From contig CAVWPG010000011.1 of the NCBI GenBank assembly GCA_963756885.1, positions 510,178 to 574,177 of the forward strand: DNA of 64,000 nt. Direction: 5' to 3'. Below are positions 31,013-39,379 of this stretch, piece after piece (position 1 is the first letter of the stretch; each line of letters begins with the position of its first letter). Position numbers and translations under genes: made by a program. The notes below the pieces were generated by a model. The model was given only the letters and a program-made list of their open reading frames with translations. It searched no databases and was not told the DNA's origin. This DNA is from an uncultured Bacteroidales bacterium. Its GTDB lineage: Bacteria > Bacteroidota > Bacteroidia > Bacteroidales > VadinHA17.

Positions 31013-32080
31013 TTAACTATTCATTATGCTCATTACATTTATTGAATCAAGGTCAGCAATTCTCTGAACCATTTCTTTTAACCTGACTGTATGTTGATCA
31101 TGGCCCGGGAAAGCCTTGTTCAATTCTGAATTAAAATGCATTTTCAGATTTGCAGTATAATCCGGCTTTATGGTATTCCAGGAAATTGTATTCGCAGAGA
31201 ATTGCTCATTAAGTGCAGACTTGATCAAATTATCCTGAAATGCAGTCGAAAATTCCGGAATATACAAATCCCTGCCAATTTGATTTTTTTCATTACGGGT
31301 TTCCATGAAACATACGGGAGAATACTGCCGGTCGGTAATGTTCTCATTCAGCATGCTTTTTTGGATAGTGTTATTTAGCTTCTTCTGTTGCCATAAAAAT
31401 ATCTTAGCTTTGTTGAGAGTATCCAAAGCTCTTTTCTTTGCGTAGGATACACTTATTTTTGACTGAAGTTCACCGCTTTCCCTGCCAAAAATTGCAACGG
31501 TATTTACCATGTCATTGCCTATAGTTCTTATAATATGGTCAGCCAATTCTTTTTGAAACAGGAAAGCAGGCTTGTCTAATTCATAAATTCTATTGTAAAG
31601 TTCCTTATTCAAGTCGTCAAAAATTTTATAATACCGGCTCGAAATTCTAAGGAAGTCTCCTTCCATTTGCTTTTTCTTCGAAAGGCAGGATTGGCACAGC
31701 TCTTTCAGGTGCATCAGATGAGCATCAATATTTTGTGAAAGCTCTGCAATCTGCTGACTTATTTCAGAGCGTATAAAGCCAAAGAATCCGCTGATAATTG
31801 TGTCTGCAACTTTTTCAGAGTTGCTGTCAATTGACTCTACCTGTGCAACTTCAGTTGCAACTACTGAACCTGTCAGCAAATTTACATGTGTATTGCACTG
31901 ATCAACGCTACTGTCAAAAGAGTCAGTATCCACATGTATATTGACATTAACAGGAACATATTCTGTATAATGAACTGTTGCTGAAGTAGTACCTCCATTT
32001 TGTGATGCAGGATAAGAGACATTTACAGTTTTTGAACCACTGACAGTTATTGTTTCACTATAACTTCTGGAATAGCTCAT
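31013..32080 (-). CDS. Operon gene 5: unknown-family protein, paralog of gene 4
   Basis: 355 aa. Shares with the 303-aa neighbour the block GFFGFIRSEISQQIAELSQNIDAHLMHL...SSRYYKIFDDLNKELYNRIYELDKP. No TM helix and no catalytic motif seen. Confidence 0.6.
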   Translation of the reverse strand: MSYSRSYSETITVSGSKTVNVSYPASQNGGTTSATVHYTEYVPVNVNIHVDTDSFDSSVDQCNTHVNLLTGSVVATEVAQVESIDSNSEKVADTIISGFFGFIRSEISQQIAELSQNIDAHLMHLKELCQSCLSKKKQMEGDFLRISSRYYKIFDDLNKELYNRIYELDKPAFLFQKELADHIIRTIGNDMVNTVAIFGRESGELQSKISVSYAKKRALDTLNKAKIFLWQQKKLNNTIQKSMLNENITDRQYSPVCFMETRNEKNQIGRDLYIPEFSTAFQDNLIKSALNEQFSANTISWNTIKPDYTANLKMHFNSELNKAFPGHDQHTVRLKEMVQRIADLDSINVMSIMNS

Positions 32081-32091
32081 ACGCTTATCAA

Positions 32092-33003
32092 TTATAGGGT
32101 TAGATAGCCAACAGACTGGAATAATTCCGTAGTTAGATTTCTTACTCTAAGCGGCTTGGAAGAAGAGGAGACGAGTTTGCTGAATTCGCTTATAACTTCC
32201 TGATCCGGAACAGATTTTTCTTTCCATTCAATTTTCTGTAAAAAATCTAAGGCAGAATTCCTGATAGCTGATTTTGAAAAATTATTCAATCCATCTTCAG
32301 GTACAATTATTTCATAGCTGTTATCAGCTTTATTCCTGTTGCAATCGCAAATTGCAATTGGTATGTAGACAGTTGCACTTACAGTAAATCTATCATCATT
32401 TATCAGTATCTGATCGGTAAGTTTCTTTTGATTAATCATTTCGAAGAGAAAACTTCCCATTGATTTTATAACATTCAAGCCACGATATTTTGTATTTGAA
32501 GCAATTATTTTCTGGCTTACCGATAATGATTCCAATTGTGTAACTGGTATTGTCGCAGTGAGGTATTTTGTCCGGTTTGACAGCTTGTCAATTTCTTTGA
32601 CAGCAAAGTCAATGGTGGGTTTATCAAGTTCAAATACTCTCAGTTTTAAATTGGCATTTAAACCATTGAATAATTTCATATACCTGCCGGAAATCATATT
32701 ATAATCTTTTTGCATACGATTTTTTATGCTTAGCAACGCATTTTTTTGCTGTACCAATTGCATTACATGAGAATCGACCTCGCTTTGAAGTTTTGCCATT
32801 TTTTGCGAGATCTGAGAACGAATCAAGGAATAAAACCCTTTATTCACATTGTTGCAGACATGATCTGCTGCTTTTTCTTCTGCCAGGATGACTGCTGTTT
32901 GCATAGCAACTACAGCAACGGTAGTTGCTTCAACATGTCGTGAAACACTTTTTATTTCTGTCGCCATTGGCGTTGTGTCTACAGTATAATTGAATGTTGC
33001 CAT
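32092..33003 (-). CDS. Operon gene 4: unknown-family protein, paralog of gene 5
   Basis: 303 aa. Carries GFYSLIRSQISQKMAKLQSEVDSHVMQL...SGRYMKLFNGLNANLKLRVFELDKP. About 34 of 75 aligned positions are identical to gene 5 by eye. Confidence 0.6.
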   Translation of the reverse strand: MATFNYTVDTTPMATEIKSVSRHVEATTVAVVAMQTAVILAEEKAADHVCNNVNKGFYSLIRSQISQKMAKLQSEVDSHVMQLVQQKNALLSIKNRMQKDYNMISGRYMKLFNGLNANLKLRVFELDKPTIDFAVKEIDKLSNRTKYLTATIPVTQLESLSVSQKIIASNTKYRGLNVIKSMGSFLFEMINQKKLTDQILINDDRFTVSATVYIPIAICDCNRNKADNSYEIIVPEDGLNNFSKSAIRNSALDFLQKIEWKEKSVPDQEVISEFSKLVSSSSKPLRVRNLTTELFQSVGYLTL

Positions 33004-33090
33004 GATCCTTAAAATTAGAACGGGTAAATAATCTTCACATTATGATATTTTAATCTGAAACTGTTACTTCACATATCTTCATTTCCGACA

Positions 33091-35382
33091 TTACAAATCA
33101 TCATCAGAAATATCTGTTTCCTCCTCATTATTCACTGAGCTATCCCTGTCAGAGTCAGACCTATTACCCTCATCTGCCTCATTTTGATCATCCTTGTCCA
33201 TCTCAGTTTTAGCCTTAATTTCAGGTACTTCATCATCAGGTTCTGATTCTTTATCTGAAACCTCTTCATAATTATCCTTCTGAATAGTATCCTCACCAAT
33301 TTCCGGTTCCTCAATTTCCAAATCTGGTTCTTTAATTGCAGCTTCATCTTTTTTGTCATAGTCGGGATTCTCTGCATCCATCACTTGCTCTTCACTTTCA
33401 GGGTTGGGTTTTACGTCAGGGTTTTCAATATTCTCCGGATCAGAAATCTCACCATTTGCTTTAATATCATTTTCATCAATATTTTCAGGGCTTCCCGCAG
33501 GTAAATCTTGCCCCATATTATTACCTTGTGCATCTTGATCCCCGTCAAGATCCGTCAGAGAGTTCTTTGCTATAACTGGCAGATTCAGGGATAAATGCTC
33601 ATAAGTGATCTCTTCAACGTTTGGGATCGGAGGAAGATCTGAAATTTTTGCAAAAAGCGGATTAACACCGATAAGTGGCTTTCTTCTGCTTTCCAGGTTA
33701 TTTGCTTCACTTGCTGCCACTGCTGTATCTTTTGAGTTCCCATCACGAAGCAATGCATCGTAATAGTCAATGTGTTCGAATTTCTCTGCTTTTAAATCAA
33801 TATCTTCCTTGAGTCTCTCCATAAAGTTTTCAAAATCGAGCTGGACATTTTGAAATTCTCTTGATTGCAATTCAAAGGCTGCAAAAACCTCAGCTGAATT
33901 TTGAGTGGCAGAAACAACTGTTGAATCAAGGGAACCGCCTGACTCAGCCATGCTGTCTTCAGTTTTTTTCAAGGAAGTCAGGGTATTATATGCTGCAACA
34001 TAGTCTCTCAGACTGGCCCTCATCAAATTTATCAGGTCAGCACTTTCGGAGCGGTTTCTTCCATAGAAGTCTTCAGTATCCTGATGCCATTTATTCAGGT
34101 AACTGATCTTTTGGTCCTTGATATGGTTATATATTTTAAGTCTTTCAATCCTTGTTTCATTCATAAGATTTTGAACAATTGGAGCAACGATTTCTTCATG
34201 TATCTGGTGAACTCCAAACGGGAAGTTTGTGCTGCTGCCGTCTTCGCCCGTCCACATTCCGGAGATTAGGTTAAATTTAACTTTTGAACTTTCCTTTAAC
34301 TGGAAGGGGACATATTCTGATGCCGATTCCCCATAATTGAAATCTTCATTTCTGATTCTTTCTATTTCTGATGCTTCAAGTACAGGAGAATAATGGTTAT
34401 ATGGAGATTTAAGAATTTTGTACAGGAGTTTGTTGGATTCGAAAATAATTTTATCTGTTGAAGCAACTTTTAAAGCAGATATTGCCTGAACTGAATTTGC
34501 CATTGTTATCATCAAGCCTCGCAGAACATCTTCAAATTGAGCAGTATCTCTTGACAATGAATCTTTGAGTTTGTTTAATTCCTGGAATTTGGAGATTTGA
34601 GTACTGTAATTATTTATATCGAATACCTCAAAAACCGGAGATTCTTTTGGAACCTCTGTCGTGGCAAACTCCTTTATAAAATTTAAATAACTGCTATTAT
34701 TTTCAACCAGAGGCAATTCAACAGAGATTACATCCAGATCATCCATGCAATAAGAAATTGTCCGTAAGGATCTTTCCAGTCTCCCAAAGTAATCGTGTTG
34801 ATTTAAGTGTTGCATTGAACGGGAATATTGTTGAGTTTCGATCTCTTCAATTTCTTCTGAACCCTCCACAATAGGGGCCTCATCAGATAACTTTTCCAAT
34901 TCAGAAATCGTCTTTATCAATAAATCGTTTTGTTTTGAAAGTTGTAGTTTTACCTCTGACTCACCTACCATACCGGTATGGTCAACAATGAAACTTTTAT
35001 TCTCATATTTAATCTGACTGGCAACCGGAACATATGCAATCCCCAGCTTACTGACCCTGTAGTCTCTGAATATCTCTTTATGCTGCTTTTTAAATACATC
35101 AATCCTTTCATCCAGCGATATGATTTTCTTTTTTAAACCATTCTCCTTGACTGTAAAATAAATAAAAGTGAATATTAGGATGCATAAGAACCATTTAAGG
35201 CGCCTGGTTTTTAAAAGGTCAGTATCCAAAATGGATAGTTCTTCCTTAAGTTTCGCAATCTCTTTTTCAATATGTTCTTCCTCGTGTACTATTTTTTCAG
35301 CCATTTGCACATAATAGTTGAATAATATCTTTGCCTGATCCTGGAAAAGATTGTTTGATTCAGGAGTAATTTTGCCTTTCAT
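33091..35382 (-). CDS. Operon gene 3: 763-aa protein with N-terminal coiled coil, one TM helix, a large unassigned domain and a roughly 170-aa Asp/Glu-rich tail
   Basis: EKEIAKLKEELSILDTDLLK is followed by WFLCILIFTFIYFTV (TM). The C-terminus runs from DLDGDQDAQ to NNEEETDISDDDL and is dominated by D/E/P/N. Confidence 0.6.
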   Translation of the reverse strand: MKGKITPESNNLFQDQAKILFNYYVQMAEKIVHEEEHIEKEIAKLKEELSILDTDLLKTRRLKWFLCILIFTFIYFTVKENGLKKKIISLDERIDVFKKQHKEIFRDYRVSKLGIAYVPVASQIKYENKSFIVDHTGMVGESEVKLQLSKQNDLLIKTISELEKLSDEAPIVEGSEEIEEIETQQYSRSMQHLNQHDYFGRLERSLRTISYCMDDLDVISVELPLVENNSSYLNFIKEFATTEVPKESPVFEVFDINNYSTQISKFQELNKLKDSLSRDTAQFEDVLRGLMITMANSVQAISALKVASTDKIIFESNKLLYKILKSPYNHYSPVLEASEIERIRNEDFNYGESASEYVPFQLKESSKVKFNLISGMWTGEDGSSTNFPFGVHQIHEEIVAPIVQNLMNETRIERLKIYNHIKDQKISYLNKWHQDTEDFYGRNRSESADLINLMRASLRDYVAAYNTLTSLKKTEDSMAESGGSLDSTVVSATQNSAEVFAAFELQSREFQNVQLDFENFMERLKEDIDLKAEKFEHIDYYDALLRDGNSKDTAVAASEANNLESRRKPLIGVNPLFAKISDLPPIPNVEEITYEHLSLNLPVIAKNSLTDLDGDQDAQGNNMGQDLPAGSPENIDENDIKANGEISDPENIENPDVKPNPESEEQVMDAENPDYDKKDEAAIKEPDLEIEEPEIGEDTIQKDNYEEVSDKESEPDDEVPEIKAKTEMDKDDQNEADEGNRSDSDRDSSVNNEEETDISDDDL

Positions 35383-35406
35383 AGTATTCCGGATTTATGA
35401 TTACTT

Positions 35407-36117
35407 TTAGTCTGAAAAAACCTGCTTACGTTCTTTACACGTCCTTTCACAATTTTTAATATTGTCCTGAATATTATCAATGTTTAGAGGAAGGTTAACA
35501 AAACAGTCATCTAACTTTCTCATTTCTTCAACGAACTGTTTTTCAAGTTCGGTTGCTCTGTTATTATTACATGGAGAAAGGAATCTGATATTTTCCTGTA
35601 AATTATTTATTCTTTGAATTATATCTTCCGGGATATCTGTCATCCTATCTAATTTTAACTGCAATTCCCTTGTTGTCTTTTTCATTTCATCAATTTTAAT
35701 CAGTATCTGTTGTTCTTCCTGATGAATCTCATGTACTTTTTCAGAAGAAGAAAATGCCAGGAACAGACCTGTAAGAAGAAGGAAAAGAAGAATCCCATGG
35801 ATAATCAATTGAGAGGTGAAAGAGATAGGATTGACGGTATTGAAAATAATCATTGCCCCAGCTCCGGTTAGCATATACAAGGTGGTAAAGGCCCATCTTA
35901 TCCCGATTGAGCCTATTTTTTTCTGTGGTTTGTCTTTTAGGTCAATCCATGGAATAAAGATGTCGAAAAAAGAAAAAATATAGATTAATGAAGTCACAGC
36001 AATATTAAGCTTAAGTATTTCAGGTTGAAGATTTTTCCCGAAATGAATCAAGCAGATGATTATCAATCCTTCCCCCAATAGAAAGAGTAACAGGGAAAAT
36101 ATTCTTTTAGCATTCAT
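35407..36117 (-). CDS. Operon gene 2: four-TM membrane protein with a C-terminal cytoplasmic coiled coil
   Basis: Hydrophobic helices at about aa 6-25, 37-56, 72-92 and 100-122. These are followed by EKVHEIHQEEQQILIKIDEMKKTTRELQLKLDRM and further heptad-like sequence. Confidence 0.6.
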   Translation of the reverse strand: MNAKRIFSLLLFLLGEGLIIICLIHFGKNLQPEILKLNIAVTSLIYIFSFFDIFIPWIDLKDKPQKKIGSIGIRWAFTTLYMLTGAGAMIIFNTVNPISFTSQLIIHGILLFLLLTGLFLAFSSSEKVHEIHQEEQQILIKIDEMKKTTRELQLKLDRMTDIPEDIIQRINNLQENIRFLSPCNNNRATELEKQFVEEMRKLDDCFVNLPLNIDNIQDNIKNCERTCKERKQVFSD

Positions 36118-36133
36118 TTTAGAGGTTTTTGAT

Positions 36134-37384
36134 TTATCGTTTTAAACCGCATTTTGGACAGAATTTAACGTTTGAGGCCAACGCTGTACCGCATCTGGTA
36201 CATTTATCATCTGCCTGCTGTTGCCCGCAATTACCGCAGAATGAGCTGCCAGGTGCAAGAGGAGAATTGCAATTTGAACATAGGCTAAGATCTCCTTGTA
36301 ATGTAGCACCGCAACTCACACATCGTTTTGCGTTTCTATCATTATCTGTACCGCACTTTGGACAGGCATCATACGGATCGCCGCAATGCGGGCAGAAGCG
36401 ATTGGTACTTGCAAATTTCCTTGAGCAATTTGAGCAATAAACTTCCCTGATCTGATTTGCCGGTTGAGTTGCGCCCCCTTGTGGGGACTGATTTGAGCCT
36501 CCAAACGAAGGCTGGGTGTATTGAGGTTGCAAAACACCTCCGGCGCCGCCCAAACCTCCTATCATATTGCTGGCTATTACAGCACCCAATATTCCGGAAT
36601 TATTGTTTGAGATGCCATCGATGGCATTATTAGCAGTACCAAATGCCTGCTCCTGTTGCCATGTATAACCTCCAATGGATTGGGCACTTTGTCTGGAAAT
36701 TGCATCCAATACCCTTCTTCCAACATCGGTAGAGTTATCGACTTCAATGCTTGTAATATAGAATTGTGTCAATTCAAGTCCGATATTTTCCCAGAAGGGG
36801 AGCATAATATTTTTTAAATGCTCTGAAATACTCTCAAGGTGTGCTGAAATCTGCTTTAACCCAATTCTGTTTTTTATCATGAATTGTAAAAGAGTCGATT
36901 TAGTCTTGGATGAAAACTCTCCAAAAAATTGATCAGTTAGGTCATTTTGATCAAATATATTTTTGGTTCCGACTATTTTGATAAGGAATCTTTCAGCATC
37001 GTTTATTTTTAACCCGTACCTGCCATTGGCCACAAGTGGAATTCCTGTATTGTAATCCGCATCATGAATATCCATTCTGTTTATAGCCCAATCAATATTG
37101 TAAGGTTGCAACTTATTCACAAACCATACTTCGGCTGTAAATGGATTTTTACCCCCGAAAGGGAGACCGTACAAGCTTCTTAACACCGGAAGATTTTCAG
37201 TATTAAGGGTATGTTTGCCCGGCCCAAATTTCCCAATGATTTGTCCTTTGGAAAATAATATTGCTTCTTGTGATTCCTGTACAATAAGCTGAGTAAACGT
37301 ACTGAGATTGGTCTCGGGATATCTGAAAGCATATATAGTTTGATTTCCCTGAGGTGACCAGTTGACCAGATCAATTATTGCCAT
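36134..37384 (-). CDS. Operon gene 1: SPFH/band-7-like (YdjI / COG4260-type) domain fused through a Gly/Gln-rich linker to four zinc ribbons
   Basis: The N-terminus IDLVNWSPQGNQTIYAFRYPETNLSTFTQLIVQESQEAILFSKGQIIGKFGPGKHTLNTENLPVL...AEVWFVNK matches the YdjI-type SPFH pattern. The linker is GGLGGAGGVLQPQYTQPSFGGSNQSPQGG. The C-terminus carries eight CxxC pairs (CSNC, CPHC, CPKC, CVSC, CSNC, CGNC, CTRC, CPKC). Confidence 0.75.
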   Translation of the reverse strand: MAIIDLVNWSPQGNQTIYAFRYPETNLSTFTQLIVQESQEAILFSKGQIIGKFGPGKHTLNTENLPVLRSLYGLPFGGKNPFTAEVWFVNKLQPYNIDWAINRMDIHDADYNTGIPLVANGRYGLKINDAERFLIKIVGTKNIFDQNDLTDQFFGEFSSKTKSTLLQFMIKNRIGLKQISAHLESISEHLKNIMLPFWENIGLELTQFYITSIEVDNSTDVGRRVLDAISRQSAQSIGGYTWQQEQAFGTANNAIDGISNNNSGILGAVIASNMIGGLGGAGGVLQPQYTQPSFGGSNQSPQGGATQPANQIREVYCSNCSRKFASTNRFCPHCGDPYDACPKCGTDNDRNAKRCVSCGATLQGDLSLCSNCNSPLAPGSSFCGNCGQQQADDKCTRCGTALASNVKFCPKCGLKR

Positions 37385-38135
37385 AACTAATTAATTAATC
37401 ATTTATATTTAAAATAAAAATCGCGTTTTTGGAATTGCAAGAAAGTGATTCCCTGGATTTTGAACGCTGCACTATTTGTAAAGATACAATCAGGTAAATT
37501 ATGTGTTTTATTAAAGCAAAACAGAAAATGCATTGAGCTAAAGCAAATCCTCCGAAATGCCTTATGGTATAATCAACCAACATATTTGCTATATTTCACC
37601 ATGAGATGACTCAATGTAAGTATTCAAATAATAAGTATTTATCTCCATTATAGATCGATCATGTAATTCCAGTCAATTTTAACCAGGATGTCCGGCTAAC
37701 GCAGGTAAATACTTTTTCGAAAACTTCAAACTTAGGTTGTAGATACTTTCTTTAAATTGAATTGCGGCGTTTTACTCAAAATTAAATAATGCAAAGCAAA
37801 GTTCAAGACTTCGGATAGGATAAAATATTAACAATCATTTTGTTAATAAATATTTGATTCAAGACCTTATTAGCCATCATATCTCTATAAAGTAAGGCTT
37901 CGTATGCATACATTTAAATATTGTAATAATCAATATTCCAGTAAATTAATCAAGCAGGATGATGATTTGGAAAAAGGTGTCTCATACATACTGTAAAATA
38001 GCGTGACTATAATAAATATGGCTGCAATAATTAAGCCTGTGTTGGATGGAGAGTATATGCATCCCGTCTACATGATTCATCAGATAACATTTATTTATCA
38101 AAATGTTTAGCAGATCGTACAGCAAAAGATCAAAG

Positions 38136-38207
38136 AAATATTTCGGCGAGGGTGACGCTGTGGGTAAAGCATTGGATATTCAGGTAGAGGGAAGTTTTGA
38201 AACCAGA
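38136..38207 (+). pseudogene. Short remnant of an FtsX/MacB-type permease gene
   Basis: KKYFGEGDAVGKALDIQVEGSFET matches KKYFGNGDAVGKTFDVQVEGSYET of the 60748-63141 product. DNA identity is roughly 80 percent by eye, and no flanking coding continuity remains. Confidence 0.5.
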
Positions 38208-38267
38208 TTCAGGCGATTGTTGTGTTTTTTGTTCTTTCGGAACAATAAAGTGTCCCCCGGTTCAGGA

Positions 38268-38672
38268 GTTTGGCAAGTGTACTTGTTGAAGAACCGGGCC
38301 CCGCTTTGGTGGAATGCGCCCGCCGAAGGCAATCTCTTGCTGATTTAACCATTTATCCGTTTAGTAATGAAAAGCTATACAAGTTATAATTTCAACCGGC
38401 AGGGCATCTTATGTGGCATAGACCTGTACGGGATTATGACCCAAAAATCTTTCCTGGGTAAAATCTGGTTGCTTTTATTACCTGCTTTGCCAATTGATGT
38501 TTATTTTTGCCAGATTTATTTTCAGAAATATGCAAAATCAGGGTAATCAGACTTCAGCTGCAATAGATAGCGATATAGCAGGGAAAACAGTATTTTATAT
38601 ATTATTATATATTAGCTTTTATCATCTCTTTAACGACACTATTCAGTATATTATCTCTTATATATATGGCAT
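38268..38672 (+). repeat. Direct repeat copy A: duplicate of the fsr upstream region plus the first ~48 codons (mutated, truncated)
   Basis: Aligns base-for-base with 45485-45889 at an offset of 7217. There is 1 mismatch in the first 276 nt and at least 17 substitutions in the last 129 nt. The track ORF 38494-38688 is the mutated fragment (FYILLYISFYHLF versus FSILLSISFSHLL). Confidence 0.9.
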
Positions 38673-38689
38673 AAGATGGTTGGTTTGAA

Positions 38690-38927
38690 CACTTTCGGCA
38701 ATGAAGATTTGCATTTTTATATTTATCTTAAATTCATGAGTTTAACACTCATTTTAAATGGTCAGTTTGTACTGGCAGGAGGTGGTTACAGCTTACGTAT
38801 AAACCATAATCATGATGTGGCAGAAAATACTGCAATAATGTACTCGCTTCTTGGGTGTTGTGCTGAAACAGATGTAAATCCCAGAGAAGTGGCTGACAGA
38901 GGTGATAATAAGAATACCTTATTATAA
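38690..38927 (+). mobile_element. IS66-family transposase C-terminal remnant
   Basis: The ORF reads ...SLTLILNGQFVLAGGG...AENTAIMYSLLGCCAETDVNPRE. This resembles the IS66 TnpC C-terminal pattern RPLxLGRKNxLFAGS...AxxAAxxYSLxxTxKxNGxxP. It is truncated and lacks the catalytic part. Confidence 0.55.
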
Positions 38928-39379
38928 GAACGATTACAGCCTTGATATGGCAGTATCTCCTGCCTCATAACTGGAAGGGAGCATGTGATACTCCAGAAAA
39001 CTCTAATGGAAATCCAATAATTAATGGATATCATTGGAAAAAGTTAAACTGTCCAATCATTTTCTAAAGAATTTCAAAGAACTGCAACAAAGTTGTACTG
39101 GAAATTAAACATGGCAAGATAACTATTTATGAGCTAACTATGTAAGAGTTGGATAAGAGATGTCTAGGGAGAAAAGGATGATGGCATAAGGTTAATAGCT
39201 TAAGGAAGAGGTAAGGAGATTTTCTGGGATATGAAATAGGCTGAGAACTGCTTAAAGATTTGGATTTCTTTATACTTTCAGCTTAAAGATTAAAAAAGGG
39301 CAGCAGGTTGAAGGGGAACAATGATCTCTTTTTTATCTTTAGGGGCGAATAATTATTTTTAAATTAAAACTGCTACATC

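Noticed and set aside
36129-36440. 103-aa plus-strand ORF opposite the zinc-ribbon region; other antisense ORFs lie within the operon (29171-29896, 30135-30470, 33861-34269).
   Set aside because: They mirror strongly supported minus-strand genes, lack any motif, and break the tight minus-strand operon spacing.
37395-37583. 62-aa one-TM ORF ending 10 nt upstream of the SPFH gene, a possible eighth operon member.
   Set aside because: Not rejected outright, but left out of the feature list. It is short, has no motif, and its sequence context is very AT-rich. It needs conservation or expression evidence.
38268-38672. The repeat pair with clustered substitutions could be the template/variable repeats of a diversity-generating retroelement.
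   Set aside because: DGR mismatches map to adenines of the template only. Here the differing sites are A and T in one copy versus C in the other. No reverse transcriptase gene is present, and the variable copy is a truncated dead fragment.
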